A stretch of 64,000 bases of DNA from an uncultured Gammaproteobacteria bacterium (GCA_964523375.1 CAZFYG010000006.1:7349-71348), one strand, 5' to 3'; numbered from the stretch's first letter, positions 1 through 10,676 are shown. A program made the numbers and translations. The notes: generated by a model from the sequence alone, not told the origin.

Positions 1-604
1 GCTCACGCTAATGCCTAGAATACTCAAGGCTTATAAAGAAATTGGGATAGCTGGTTTCAATTTTATAAACCTTAATAGCAACGAATTATTAAGCAGGTTG
101 GATAATAAAAGCTTAGATATTGTTATCTGCTTTGATCCAGCAATATCTAATAGAGGATCTAATCACCTTGATGCCAGCATATTCTCTAGACATATTATTC
201 ATAAAGGATCCCATGTAATGATTTCACCTAAAGGGCTTTATGATAACAAAGCAGCTTCTAAGCTAGAGCATTTTTTAAACGATCCTTTTATAGAAATTAC
301 AAACCTTATTTCTTTTTATGGTGTTAACTCCTTAACTAAACATTTTAGTAAACAGCCTATTAGAAATGTAGCGGGTAAGGTTTCTTCATACAGCGGGGCT
401 GCCTCGCTTGTAAGTCTTGGGGTGGGAAGTGCTCTGGTTGATTCTTATACTGCAAATAACTGTGATAAAAGCAAGGTAGATGTGTTTGAAATTGAAGAAG
501 ATCTCCCCTATCAAATAGTTCTACTTAACAATCAATCAAAAGCCATTAGTGAAGAATCAAAAAAGTTTATAGAATTTGTAAAAACTTTAACCAATAAACT
601 CTAG
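1..604 (+). CDS. LysR-family regulator, C-terminal effector-binding part (5' end outside window)
   Basis: The frame of ORF 11..604 stays open back to base 2 (..LTL MPRILKAY..). The pattern is typical of a LysR substrate-binding domain (LDIVICFDP, GVGSALVDS). No HTH is present, so the N-terminus lies upstream of the window. Confidence 0.5.
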   Translation, partial: LTLMPRILKAYKEIGIAGFNFINLNSNELLSRLDNKSLDIVICFDPAISNRGSNHLDASIFSRHIIHKGSHVMISPKGLYDNKAASKLEHFLNDPFIEITNLISFYGVNSLTKHFSKQPIRNVAGKVSSYSGAASLVSLGVGSALVDSYTANNCDKSKVDVFEIEEDLPYQIVLLNNQSKAISEESKKFIEFVKTLTNKL

Positions 605-1975
605 AGCTTTTTTAATCCTCATTAATGAGTCTTCTTTGCCTATAATTTCCAGAGTCAGGCCAAGTGATGGAGATTTTGTTCCACCGGTCACTGCTACGCG
701 TATAGGTTGATTTACTCTAGGAGTTGGAAGATCAGATGATGATTGAAAATTCTTCAAAGCAAGATCAATACTTTCTTCATCCCAAACGTTTAGGCTCTCT
801 AATATCTCTTCTATTGAAGAAAGCATATTACCCGAATCAGCAAGAAACTTCTTAACAGCCTTTGGATTGTATTCTGTTACGCCCTTAAAGTAAGGAACTA
901 ATCCTTTTGCGATATTTAGCAAGTTGGATTCGGAAGATCTCATTGCATCAACAAGCAAATCGCACTTTGGATGATCATCTAAATTTATATCGATTGAAGA
1001 TAAAAACGGCCTTAAATAATCTTTAAATTCTTCTAAGGAAAGATTTGATAAATGCTGGGTATTTAACCAATCTAACTTGGTCATATCAAATATCGCACCT
1101 GCTTTTTGGACTTCAGTAATTTCAAAATCTTTTATCAAATCGTCTAAGTAAAAAACCTCTTTCTCTCCCTTAGACCAACCAAGTCTTGCCAGGGTATTCA
1201 AAATAGCAGAATCAAGATAACCCTCATTCTTATACTCTTCGAGACTAGTTGCAGCATGTCTTTTAGAAAGCCTTTTCTTATCAGCCCCAAGAACCAATGG
1301 AAGATGGGCATACTCAAGCTCTGGATACCCAAGTGCTTTTTGAATATGAATTTGGCGAGGTGTATTAGATATATGATCCTCACCTCTTATAACGGTGGTA
1401 ACTCCTTGCTCATAATCATCAACTACATTACATAGATGATATGTAGGTGTTCCATCACTTCTTAATATTATCAAATCATCAAGCTCCGAGTTCTCAAAAG
1501 TTATATCACCTCTGACATAATCTTTCATCAATACCTGGCCGTCGAGTGGTGTTTTGAGTCTTAAAACCGTATTACTAGATTTTTCTATATTTAAGTTTCT
1601 ACACTTTCCATCATATTGAGGCTTTTGACCATTAAGTTGTTGAGCTGATCTCATTTCATCCAGTCTTTCTTTTGAACAGTTGCAATAATAAGCTTTGCCG
1701 CTTTTATAAATTTCATCTGCAGCTTCAGTATAAATGTCAGTTCGTTCTGATTGGTTAATTGGAACTAAGTCAGGACTCAAACCTATAGAGTTAAGGCTAT
1801 CTAATATATTCTTTTCAAACTCTTTAGTTGATCGTTGCCTGTCAGTATCTTCAATGCGAATTAAAAATAATCCGCCCATTTTTTTTGCATATACATAATT
1901 AAATAATGCAGTTCTAACACCACCAATATGGAGTGTTCCCGTTGGGCTGGGTGCGAATCTTGTTACTACTTTCAA
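587..1975 (-). CDS. gltX: glutamyl-tRNA synthetase
   Basis: 462-aa ORF with a class I HIGH-type motif (PSPTGTLHIGG) and a KMSKS-type motif (RLSKR). It looks like GltX along its full length. Confidence 0.95.
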   Translation of the reverse strand: MKVVTRFAPSPTGTLHIGGVRTALFNYVYAKKMGGLFLIRIEDTDRQRSTKEFEKNILDSLNSIGLSPDLVPINQSERTDIYTEAADEIYKSGKAYYCNCSKERLDEMRSAQQLNGQKPQYDGKCRNLNIEKSSNTVLRLKTPLDGQVLMKDYVRGDITFENSELDDLIILRSDGTPTYHLCNVVDDYEQGVTTVIRGEDHISNTPRQIHIQKALGYPELEYAHLPLVLGADKKRLSKRHAATSLEEYKNEGYLDSAILNTLARLGWSKGEKEVFYLDDLIKDFEITEVQKAGAIFDMTKLDWLNTQHLSNLSLEEFKDYLRPFLSSIDINLDDHPKCDLLVDAMRSSESNLLNIAKGLVPYFKGVTEYNPKAVKKFLADSGNMLSSIEEILESLNVWDEESIDLALKNFQSSSDLPTPRVNQPIRVAVTGGTKSPSLGLTLEIIGKEDSLMRIKKALEFIG

Positions 1976-2688
1976 TGTTTACTCCAAATTGTTTCAATAG
2001 AATGTTTTTCAGAAATTTCTAAAAGCCTTTTTGAGTGCTCTTTATCGTACTCGTTAGTTGATTGAAGCTTAACCAAATTAATTCCTTCAATACTAAAACC
2101 ATTTTCAGCATTTTTTTTAGCTAAATTTGCTACAGAGGCATCATTCATAAATTCAAATTTACTTTGCCCTCCTGTTAGCATCATGAAAACATCTGCAAGA
2201 ATATTTGCATCAAGCAAAGCACCATGAAAACTTCTATCATAACCAGTTACTTCAAAACGATTTGCTAATGCATCTAAAGAATTTCTTTGGCCAGGAAATT
2301 TATCTCTTGCGATCAACAAAGAGTCCTCGATCTCACAGATATCCTCAAGCTTAGGCAGCTTAGAAGAAACTAAGTTAATTTCATTATTTAAAAAGCCCAC
2401 GTCAAATGGTGCATTGTGTATAACAAGTGTTGAGCCTTCTATAAATTCAAGAAATTCTTCGACTATCTCTGAGAAAAGTGGTTTATCATCAAGGTCAGCA
2501 TTTGTAATCCCATGCACTTTAGAAGCTTCCTCATCAATCACCCGTTCTGGATTTAAATACGAATGAAAGTTTTCATCTGATTTTTTTCTATCATTAAGAA
2601 GTACTGCTCCGATTTCGATGACTCTATGTCCTTGATGAACCTCTAAGCCTGTGGTTTCAGTATCAAGAATAATATATTTTTTATTCAT
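1972..2688 (-). CDS. dnaQ: DNA polymerase III epsilon subunit (3'-5' proofreading exonuclease)
   Basis: DEDDh motifs are present: ILDTETTGL, HNAPFDVGFL, HGALLDANILADVF. It overlaps gltX by 4 nt and sits next to rnhA as in enterobacteria. Confidence 0.9.
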   Translation of the reverse strand: MNKKYIILDTETTGLEVHQGHRVIEIGAVLLNDRKKSDENFHSYLNPERVIDEEASKVHGITNADLDDKPLFSEIVEEFLEFIEGSTLVIHNAPFDVGFLNNEINLVSSKLPKLEDICEIEDSLLIARDKFPGQRNSLDALANRFEVTGYDRSFHGALLDANILADVFMMLTGGQSKFEFMNDASVANLAKKNAENGFSIEGINLVKLQSTNEYDKEHSKRLLEISEKHSIETIWSKH

Positions 2689-3120
2689 TTATAAGTTGTC
2701 TATACCTTTGTTAGCTAATTGGTCTGCTAGTTCATTTTGTGGGTGCCCAGAATGGCCTTTAACCCAGTACCATTTTACATCATGCTGGCTATTTAATTTG
2801 TCTAATTGAATCCATAAATCCTTATTTTTTACATTCTGCTTTTGTGAGTTTTTCCAGTTATTTTTCTTCCAGTTAATTATCCAAGAATTTATACCATCCA
2901 TAACGTATTTTGAATCAGTAGTTAGATTAACAATACATTTTTCACTTAAAGCTTTTAAACCTTGTATGGCTGCCATTAACTCCATTTGATTATTGGTAGT
3001 AATTTTTTCTCCACCAAACATTTCTTTATTGTGATTTTCATATTCAATAAGTACACCCCACCCACCAACACCAGGATTTCCTCTGCAAGCGCCATCTGTA
3101 TAAATATTTACTGTTTTCAT
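2689..3120 (-). CDS. rnhA: ribonuclease HI
   Basis: 143 aa with [26 protein letters not shown] and [15 protein letters not shown]. Confidence 0.95.
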   Translation of the reverse strand: MKTVNIYTDGACRGNPGVGGWGVLIEYENHNKEMFGGEKITTNNQMELMAAIQGLKALSEKCIVNLTTDSKYVMDGINSWIINWKKNNWKNSQKQNVKNKDLWIQLDKLNSQHDVKWYWVKGHSGHPQNELADQLANKGIDNL

Positions 3121-3141
3121 AAAATTAAATTAAAATTACGT

Positions 3142-3909
3142 ATGTTAAAAATTAAACCCATAAAAGCATTCACTGATAATTATATTTGGTTAGTGACAAC
3201 AAATGAAGGTGCATTGGTAATTGATCCAGGTGAATCTAAGCCTGTGTCAGATTATCTCAAAAAAGAAGGAGTTTATTTAAATAGTATTTTAATAACTCAT
3301 CATCACTATGACCATACTGGAGGGCTGGCTGATCTTTTAAATAAAAATAAGGATATTTCAGTTATAGGGCCAAATAATCATATCAAAGAAATAAAAACAA
3401 GAGTAAATGGTGGGGATGTAATCGAGGTAATTGGGTTAACGTTTTTAGTAATTTCAGTACCTGGGCATACTTTAGATCATATTGCTTTTTATTGTGAGAA
3501 TGATGGTAGTCCAATTTTATTTTGTGGAGACACTCTATTTGCAGGAGGGTGTGGAAGGATATTTGAAGGAACTTTTGATCAAATGTATAAATCTTTACTA
3601 AAACTTAAAGAGTTGCCAGCTAATACTAAAATTTATTGTGCGCACGAATATACCCAACAGAATCTTAACTTTGCTAATTGCGTTGAACCATCTAACGCAG
3701 ATATTACACATAGACTGAAAAAAGTTAAAGAAAAGAGACGGCATGACCAAATAACTTTGCCAAGCTCTATTGGTGAGGAATTAAAAACAAATCCTTTTCT
3801 TAGATGCGATAAAAAAAACATACGAGAATCCATATTTAACAAATATAATGTGCAAGGAAATGACACTGAAATATTTGAAGCAGTAAGAAATTGGAAAGAC
3901 GCATTTTAA
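3142..3909 (+). CDS. gloB: hydroxyacylglutathione hydrolase (glyoxalase II)
   Basis: Metallo-beta-lactamase motif THHHYDHTGG and C-terminal NPFLR. The ATG at 3142 (MLKIKPIKAFTDNYIW) is preferred. The ORF-track extension from 2986 runs antisense through rnhA. Confidence 0.9.
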   Translation: MLKIKPIKAFTDNYIWLVTTNEGALVIDPGESKPVSDYLKKEGVYLNSILITHHHYDHTGGLADLLNKNKDISVIGPNNHIKEIKTRVNGGDVIEVIGLTFLVISVPGHTLDHIAFYCENDGSPILFCGDTLFAGGCGRIFEGTFDQMYKSLLKLKELPANTKIYCAHEYTQQNLNFANCVEPSNADITHRLKKVKEKRRHDQITLPSSIGEELKTNPFLRCDKKNIRESIFNKYNVQGNDTEIFEAVRNWKDAF

Positions 3910-5381
3910 AATTTAAGTTACTTATTATTTCACTATTTATTTATGGATGTAATTCTGTGCCTGAAGATTTGGTATTTAATGACAAAGTCATAAATCAAAC
4001 CAATGCCGTATCTACGATGCAAGTAAATAAAATAATTGAAGTTGTTCCAGAGCCAGTAAATATATGGGAATACCTTAAGCAGAAATCTAATTATGATGAT
4101 GTAGAGATTAATGAGCAAACGCTTAAATACATGAATAGGCATTTACAGAACTTGGAGCTTTTTGAAACTTATCTAAATAAATCAGAATATTTTATTTTTC
4201 ATATTATTAAAGAGCTTGAAAAAGAAAATCTTCCTATTGAGTTAGCATTTATTCCATTTGTTGAAAGTGATTATGATCCTTTCTCAATCTCACCATCAGG
4301 AGCGGTGGGTATTTGGCAATTCATGCCAACAACTGGAAGCTTATTTAATTTAAATAAATCTTGGTGGAGTGAAGATAGACATGATGCTTTTAAGTCTACT
4401 GAAGCTGCAGTTGGCTATTTCTCATACTTATTGAAAAGATTTGATGGTGATATATATATAGCTATTGCTGCGTATAATGGTGGTCCAACATATCTTGATA
4501 GACAGATAAAAAGAAATAAAAGGCGGGGCCTAGGCACTGATTTTTGGTCTCTTAACCTTTCAAACCAAGCGACGGATTATGTTTATAAGTTTATCGCTCT
4601 AAGGGAGCTAGTCATTAATAGTGAGAAATATGCCATTAAGTTACCCGATATTCCTTTTGAGCCGCGTGTTATAAGAATAGATATACCAGGGCAGGTAGAG
4701 ATTTTAACAATAAGTGAGCACCTTGGTCTCAAGCCAGAGCTTATTTATAAACTTAATGCCGGATATACAAAATGGGCATCAGCACCAACAGAAATGAGTA
4801 GCTTTTACATACCTATTGAAAAAAACAGTTTGCTTGATGACCCTAATAACCCCCTTAACAGCATTAATAAAATTAATTGGATTTCTCATGTTGTCCAAAG
4901 TGGAGATAGCTTATGGAAATTAGCAGAAAAATATGGCACTGAAGTAACTATTATTGAGCAAATTAATTACCTAGATGATTCTTTATTAACTATCGGAATG
5001 ACTCTTTTAATTCCTCTTAGTAAATCTGAATCTAATAACTTTATACCCTTTGAAATGCATGTTGTATCTGAGGGAGATACCCTTTGGAGTATTGCTGATA
5101 AATATAAAATTGAGATGAGAGATCTAACTAGAATGAATAATATTTCGTCAAATGAATATCTTCAACTTGGACAACAATTAAGCATTGGTAATAAAAATAT
5201 TCATAGAAATATAGAATCTAGGAAAAGAACTATCCTTTATTCAGTAAAGCAAGGAGATAACCTTTATAAAATTGCAGACCTATTTGATGTAAGCGTTAAA
5301 AGCATTAATGAAATAAATGCACTTAGTGACAACAGGTTAAAACCAGGTCAGATAATTAAAATTGCTATAAGGGCTTTTTAG
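3891..5381 (+). CDS. mltD: membrane-bound lytic murein transglycosylase D-like lipoprotein (SLT domain plus LysM repeats)
   Basis: Signal/lipobox-like LFIYGC, SLT catalytic block ESDYDPFSISPSGAVGIWQFMP, and three LysM-like repeats (HVVQSGDSLWKLAEKYG, HVVSEGDTLWSIADKY, YSVKQGDNLYKIADLF). The start codon is TTG at 3891, overlapping the gloB end. Confidence 0.8.
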   Translation: MERRILKFKLLIISLFIYGCNSVPEDLVFNDKVINQTNAVSTMQVNKIIEVVPEPVNIWEYLKQKSNYDDVEINEQTLKYMNRHLQNLELFETYLNKSEYFIFHIIKELEKENLPIELAFIPFVESDYDPFSISPSGAVGIWQFMPTTGSLFNLNKSWWSEDRHDAFKSTEAAVGYFSYLLKRFDGDIYIAIAAYNGGPTYLDRQIKRNKRRGLGTDFWSLNLSNQATDYVYKFIALRELVINSEKYAIKLPDIPFEPRVIRIDIPGQVEILTISEHLGLKPELIYKLNAGYTKWASAPTEMSSFYIPIEKNSLLDDPNNPLNSINKINWISHVVQSGDSLWKLAEKYGTEVTIIEQINYLDDSLLTIGMTLLIPLSKSESNNFIPFEMHVVSEGDTLWSIADKYKIEMRDLTRMNNISSNEYLQLGQQLSIGNKNIHRNIESRKRTILYSVKQGDNLYKIADLFDVSVKSINEINALSDNRLKPGQIIKIAIRAF

Positions 5382-6232
5382 TTATCTGATGTTTTAGGAT
5401 CAAGAGCGTCTCTCAAACCATCACCGAAGAAATTGAGAGCAAACAGTGTAATGGTAAAAGTAATGCCTGGATAAACTAGCAGCCAACTATATTCCTCCAT
5501 TGACTCAACACCATCTTTTATAAGAGTTCCCCAACTACTCATTGGAGGTTGAATTCCAAGACCAAGAAAGCTTAAAAAACTTTCTAATAACATAACCTGA
5601 GGAATTGTAAGAGTTGCATAAACGGCTATAGGACCCAAGATATTTGGAAGCAGGTGGCGCCTAAACATAGATAGGTTGCTAACCCCCATTGCCTGGGCTG
5701 CTAAAACAAATTCTTGATTTTTAAGACTCATAACCTGCCCCCTTACTATCCTTGCCATTGTTAACCATTCAACGGCTCCAATAGCACCAAATAGAAGCCA
5801 GAGATTCCTTCCAAATATCACCATTAATAAGATAATAAAAATAATGAATGGTAGTCCATAAAGAACATCTACTATTCTCATCATTATTTGATCAACCCTT
5901 CCGCCAAAATAACCAGCAACAATTCCCCAGCTCACTCCAATTACCAAAGCAACACCAGTAGCGACAAAACCAACTAATAATGAAATTCGTGCACCGTAAA
6001 GGATTCTGCTTAACAGATCTCTACCTAAAATATCTGTACCGAGAAGGTGTTCACTTGAAGGTGGAGAAGCACCTAAATCAAGGTTTTGAAATGAATATGA
6101 GTATGGAGCAATTACGGGGGCCAAGATTGCACACCCAATTAATAAAAACAAAATTATTGCGCCAACCATAGCAGCTTTATTTTTTAACAGCCTTCCTATT
6201 GCATCAGACCATAATGAGGAATTATTGCTCAT
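5378..6232 (-). CDS. ABC peptide/nickel-type transporter permease (OppC/DppC family)
   Basis: 284 aa, multi-TM, with the BPD-transport EAA-loop region (AAQAMGVSNLSMFRRHLLPN). It overlaps the upstream permease by 4 nt. Confidence 0.85.
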   Translation of the reverse strand: MSNNSSLWSDAIGRLLKNKAAMVGAIILFLLIGCAILAPVIAPYSYSFQNLDLGASPPSSEHLLGTDILGRDLLSRILYGARISLLVGFVATGVALVIGVSWGIVAGYFGGRVDQIMMRIVDVLYGLPFIIFIILLMVIFGRNLWLLFGAIGAVEWLTMARIVRGQVMSLKNQEFVLAAQAMGVSNLSMFRRHLLPNILGPIAVYATLTIPQVMLLESFLSFLGLGIQPPMSSWGTLIKDGVESMEEYSWLLVYPGITFTITLFALNFFGDGLRDALDPKTSDN

Positions 6233-7152
6233 GACTCGTCTCTTGATCTTGGGTTAAGCCATAAAGCTGCAATATCAGACATTAAATTAAAAAATACTAT
6301 CATTGCTGAGAAAAATATAGTTGTGCCAAGTATCATTGTGTAGTCTCTATTGAATGCTGCCTCAACATAAAACCTTCCTAAACCAGGTATCTGAAAAATT
6401 GTCTCAACAACAAAAGACCCTGCGAGCAATCCAGCAATAGCAGGACCTAAAAAAGACACAACAGGTAAAAGACCGCCTTGCATGGCATGTTTTGTAACAA
6501 TAGCAGTTTCAGAAAGCCCTTTTGCTCTAGCTGTTCTTATAAAATCTTGATTTAAAACCTCTAACATTCCGCCTCTACTTAATCTTGCAATATATGCAGC
6601 ATATGCAAAGCCCAGAGTTAAGGACGGGAGGAGTTTATCACCAGGGATTTGATTCCACCCTGATACAGGGAGAAGCTCAAGATTTATACCAAAAATAAGA
6701 ACAAGCAAAGGGCCCATTAGAAATGTCGGAACACAAATTCCTATCATTGCTATAGCCATGGGAATAAAATCAAGAATGGTATTTCTTTTAAGAGCAGCCA
6801 AAACTCCAGAGAATACACCAATTATAAGTGCAATTAATATGGCATATATTGCAAGCTCAAATGTTACTGGTAACCCCGTAAGTATCATCTCAGTAACTGA
6901 TCTGCCCGGGTATCTAAAAGATGGACCAAAATCACCTTGTGCAATTCCAGTCATGTAATCTGTATATTGCTCCCACTCAGATGCATCCAAATTGTAAGCA
7001 GCATTCAGGTTCTTCAGAACTTGAGGTGAAACTGCTTTTTCAGCATCAAACGGGCCTCCAGGAGCTTGTTTAATTAAAAAAAAAGTTAAAGTCGCTACAG
7101 CTATTAGTACAGGAATAGCTAACAAAATTCTTTTTAGAATAATTGTAATCAT
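6229..7152 (-). CDS. ABC peptide/nickel-type transporter permease (OppB/DppB family)
   Basis: 307 aa with the typical N-terminus MITIILKRILLAIPVL and the EAA loop FIRTARAKGLSE. Confidence 0.85.
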   Translation of the reverse strand: MITIILKRILLAIPVLIAVATLTFFLIKQAPGGPFDAEKAVSPQVLKNLNAAYNLDASEWEQYTDYMTGIAQGDFGPSFRYPGRSVTEMILTGLPVTFELAIYAILIALIIGVFSGVLAALKRNTILDFIPMAIAMIGICVPTFLMGPLLVLIFGINLELLPVSGWNQIPGDKLLPSLTLGFAYAAYIARLSRGGMLEVLNQDFIRTARAKGLSETAIVTKHAMQGGLLPVVSFLGPAIAGLLAGSFVVETIFQIPGLGRFYVEAAFNRDYTMILGTTIFFSAMIVFFNLMSDIAALWLNPRSRDES

Positions 7153-7158
7153 GTAAGT

Positions 7159-8772
7159 TTAGTCTCTTTCTAAATACCAATATTTAGGATGGTGATGATC
7201 TAGATAGTTTGGGTAGTAGCCTTTCACATCACTAGATAGCTGATAAACTCTTACATATGTATAGAGAGGGACAATCGGCATATCATTAATAAGAATCCTT
7301 TCAGCCTCTAAAAGTAGTTCGTACCTATCCTGTTGATTGTTATTTGAGTTTGCAAGTTCAACAAGCTGATCGTATTCAGGGTTCTCCCAGCCAGTTTTGT
7401 TATTGCCTCTATTTGGTCTAAGAGTATCTAAAAATGTATTTGGATCTTCATAGTCACCTATCCAGCCAGCTCTAGAAACCTGAAAATCACCAATCATTTC
7501 TCTATTTAAATAAACTTTCCAGTCTTGATTGACTAGCTCAATATCTATACCTAAATTCTGTTGCCACATTTGCTGGATAGCTAGTGCAACTTTTCTGTGG
7601 TCTTCATTTGTATTAAATAAAATTTCTAATTTTGGGAAAGGATTGCTTTCATCATAGCCAGCTTCGACTAATAGTTTTTTTGCTAGCTCTGGATTGAATG
7701 GTATTTCTGTATCAGGCTCATAACCGTTTGACCCTGGAGGTGTGAATGAGTAAGCGGGAATTTGACCACATTTTGTGACTTTTTCTACAATTTGCTTTCT
7801 GTTAACCGAGTAAGCTAATGCCTTTCGAACCCTTGGATCTACCAAAGCTGGATTATTAACATTAAAACGATAAAAATATGTACCCATATATGGATCAATT
7901 CTTAAATTGGGGTTTTTTTCTTCAATATAAGAACTACATTTTTGGGATGGCAGTGAACTAGTAACATGAAGCTGCCCTGCCCTAAACATTCTATCTTCAG
8001 TCATTTGATTAGCTACAGGGTAATAATGTATTTCATTTAATTGAACAGTTTTAGAATCCCAATAGTTTTCATTTTTTTCTACAATAATTTTATTATTGAG
8101 TTCCCAGGTTTTGAGCTTAAAAGCACCATTGCATACAAAGTTACCAGGTCTTGTCCATTGACCATTTCTGTCATCTATGGCGCCATGCTGCAAAACAGTT
8201 TCTTTATGAACAGGCCAAGTACTGTAGTGACTTAATAAGCCAAGAAAAAATGGAGTTGGGTTATTTAAAGTAACTTCTAATGTGAGGGTATCCAATGCTT
8301 TTACACCAACATCATTAAAATCATTAATTTTACCGGTATGATAGTCAGCTGCGCCTTTTACATAATAGAGCATATCAGGATATTGTGAGCCAAGGCTCGG
8401 TGTTAAAATTCGTTTCCAGGACCAAACAAAATCATCAGCAGTTACTGGATCTCCATTAGACCATTTACCATTTTTTTGAAGGTAAAAAGTATATGTAGTT
8501 CCATCTTCACTTATCTCCCATGATTCAGCTGCACCTGAAACGCTTGAACCACCTTTTGGGTTTGATGTTGTCAAACCTTCACAAAGACCGATTAATAAGT
8601 GATGTTCTGGAACACCTGTTACTATATGTGGATCTAAGCCTTGGGGTTCTGCACCATTGCCAAAATGGAATATTTTGTTTTCAAGACCGGAATCAACAGG
8701 GCTGATTGTGTCAGAACAGGAATAAATAAATAGTAAACCAGCTAGGATTGGAATATTTACTAACTTCTTCAT
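7159..8772 (-). CDS. ABC transporter substrate-binding lipoprotein, family 5 (OppA/DppA-like)
   Basis: 537 aa with lipobox LLFIYSC. Length and blocks fit SBP family 5 (WSNGDPVTADDF, RKALAYSVNR). Confidence 0.85.
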   Translation of the reverse strand: MKKLVNIPILAGLLFIYSCSDTISPVDSGLENKIFHFGNGAEPQGLDPHIVTGVPEHHLLIGLCEGLTTSNPKGGSSVSGAAESWEISEDGTTYTFYLQKNGKWSNGDPVTADDFVWSWKRILTPSLGSQYPDMLYYVKGAADYHTGKINDFNDVGVKALDTLTLEVTLNNPTPFFLGLLSHYSTWPVHKETVLQHGAIDDRNGQWTRPGNFVCNGAFKLKTWELNNKIIVEKNENYWDSKTVQLNEIHYYPVANQMTEDRMFRAGQLHVTSSLPSQKCSSYIEEKNPNLRIDPYMGTYFYRFNVNNPALVDPRVRKALAYSVNRKQIVEKVTKCGQIPAYSFTPPGSNGYEPDTEIPFNPELAKKLLVEAGYDESNPFPKLEILFNTNEDHRKVALAIQQMWQQNLGIDIELVNQDWKVYLNREMIGDFQVSRAGWIGDYEDPNTFLDTLRPNRGNNKTGWENPEYDQLVELANSNNNQQDRYELLLEAERILINDMPIVPLYTYVRVYQLSSDVKGYYPNYLDHHHPKYWYLERD

Positions 8773-8782
8773 AAGATTTCCT

Positions 8783-10657
8783 TTAATTAATTACTTGTTC
8801 GTTCAAATTAACTTTTGCCTTATCAAATAGATCATCTCTTAAAATACCATTCATTCGACTAATAAGTCTTTCAGTGTCAAACGAAGAATATTGCTCTGAA
8901 GCCTCATCTATTTCCTCTTGAGATGGCGGATTAAAGTTGCTTATATTTACGAAATAGTGATCTCCATTTCTAGAAGCTATAGATAATTCAAGGCCAGTTG
9001 AGCCATTGAATATTTCTGTGATAACTTCCTGCGGTAAAAGAGATGAATATCTTTTAATATCTTTAAATGTTTCAAAGGAAGCAAAGCTATTCTGTTCTTC
9101 AAAAAGTCTTTTTTCCTCAGCAGTATTTAAAAGATTGAATTCTTTTTCGATTTCTGATTTTTTAAGTGATGCATTGATATCAATTAAATTGTTATTAACA
9201 TTTGCTTGAACCTCTGAAAATATTTTTAACTCTGGTGTTTTAATTTCTGAAACAGAAACCACATAAATAGAACCATCAAGATCAATTACTTGCGGTGTAT
9301 TAACCTCAATAAACTCATCAAAAATTATATTTTTAACCTTTACATCAAGATCGCTAATAGTTGAATTTGATTGTAAATTCATAAATAGAGTGTCGGCATT
9401 TACATATTCTGCCAAATCACTAAATGACTGTCCTTCCATGGCCAAATCATCCAATTGACTGTAATCATCATTTAATAAGGCAAGAGATTCGGAGAATATC
9501 AATTCTTCAATTACCTCTTCTTCGATATCTTTAAAGTCTCTAACTTTATCTTTTAGAACCTCAGTTACTTTTAAGATATGAAAGCTATCTTCAAGTTCAA
9601 TGATTGAGCTTAAATCGCCCTCATTAAGACCATTCAGTGCATTACCAAACTCTACAGGAAATATTTCTTCATCGAAGTATTCAAGATCACCTCCATTTTC
9701 TTTAGTAACAATATCTTCACTATATTCAGCTACTATTGTTTCAAAAGAGCTACCATCTTGCATGTTGGCACTGATAGCTTCAATCTTGTTTCGCGCATCA
9801 ACAATAGACTCGTAATTAGTTTTGTCCACCATTACATGAGCTATTCTTTTTTGCTCACTTGCATTGGCTTTTAATAAATAGTCTTCGTAATAATCGGCTG
9901 CATAATTAGCAGGAATAGCAACTCTATTTTTATAGTCATCGACTGTAAGAGCAAAATAATTGAAGCTTCTTAACTCATCTGACAAAAAGAGCTCTTTATT
10001 GTCGTTGTAGTATGCAACTTGATCCTCTAATGAGTTTTTTATTGTGTTTTTAAGTTGCTGGAAATCTATTTTAATAAAATTAATATCAACTTTTTTTTCA
10101 AGAATTGAAGCCAAGCCTCTAGTTTCTGATGGGAGCTGAAATGTAGATGCTGATAGAGCTGATTTATATTTTTCAACCACATTTAAATTAGTGCTTAATT
10201 CAATATATTCATTTTTTGAAAAGCCATTTTGACCAGCAAATGATTCAAAGATAGCTTCATCAAAATTGCCCAATTCATTTTTATATCTTGGGTCATTAAT
10301 AATAATTTTTTTTGTAACGCTAGTCTCTTCGTTATTTATAAGACCAAGGGATCTTACTTCAGACAAAAAGACTTTTTGAGAAATTAACTCTTGATTAATC
10401 AAGGTTGTTTGAATCTGAGCATCTAGCTCATTAAAGTCAAACTCTTCTCCGTATGTTTCTTTAAGTTTATTTGCGCGCATATTTGCTGCAACAGAAAAAT
10501 CTAGTTCAGATATATCTTCTCCATTTACAGAGCCATATGACCCTCCAAATACAGTGCCTAGACTTGAAGTTCCAAGGAAGACAAAAGGTAAGGCCAACAA
10601 ACCAATAATAATTGCAAGTCTGTAACCGGTTAAAAAATTTCTAAGTGAATCCATCAT
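8783..10657 (-). CDS. ppiD: periplasmic chaperone / peptidyl-prolyl isomerase PpiD
   Basis: 624 aa with an N-terminal membrane anchor (YRLAIIIGLLALPFVFLG) and an internal parvulin-like region. It holds the conserved position downstream of lon-hupB. Confidence 0.8.
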   Translation of the reverse strand: MMDSLRNFLTGYRLAIIIGLLALPFVFLGTSSLGTVFGGSYGSVNGEDISELDFSVAANMRANKLKETYGEEFDFNELDAQIQTTLINQELISQKVFLSEVRSLGLINNEETSVTKKIIINDPRYKNELGNFDEAIFESFAGQNGFSKNEYIELSTNLNVVEKYKSALSASTFQLPSETRGLASILEKKVDINFIKIDFQQLKNTIKNSLEDQVAYYNDNKELFLSDELRSFNYFALTVDDYKNRVAIPANYAADYYEDYLLKANASEQKRIAHVMVDKTNYESIVDARNKIEAISANMQDGSSFETIVAEYSEDIVTKENGGDLEYFDEEIFPVEFGNALNGLNEGDLSSIIELEDSFHILKVTEVLKDKVRDFKDIEEEVIEELIFSESLALLNDDYSQLDDLAMEGQSFSDLAEYVNADTLFMNLQSNSTISDLDVKVKNIIFDEFIEVNTPQVIDLDGSIYVVSVSEIKTPELKIFSEVQANVNNNLIDINASLKKSEIEKEFNLLNTAEEKRLFEEQNSFASFETFKDIKRYSSLLPQEVITEIFNGSTGLELSIASRNGDHYFVNISNFNPPSQEEIDEASEQYSSFDTERLISRMNGILRDDLFDKAKVNLNEQVIN

Positions 10658-10676
10658 AGTGTTGTAATTATAAAAT

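Noticed and set aside
2986-3141. 52-codon upstream extension of gloB. Similar cases are the 71-codon extension of the GST-like ORF (18862-19074), the 25-codon extension of hda (31920-31994) and the 8-codon extension of the DUF2066-like ORF (33489-33512).
   Set aside because: The extensions overlap neighbouring well-supported genes, and the internal ATGs coincide with the conserved family N-termini.
7076-7084. T9 (coding-strand) homopolymer in the OppB-like permease, considered as a possible frameshift site.
   Set aside because: It encodes ordinary hydrophobic residues (TFFLIK) near the N-terminus with no plausible alternative product. I kept it only as a caution on how often long A/T runs occur by chance here.
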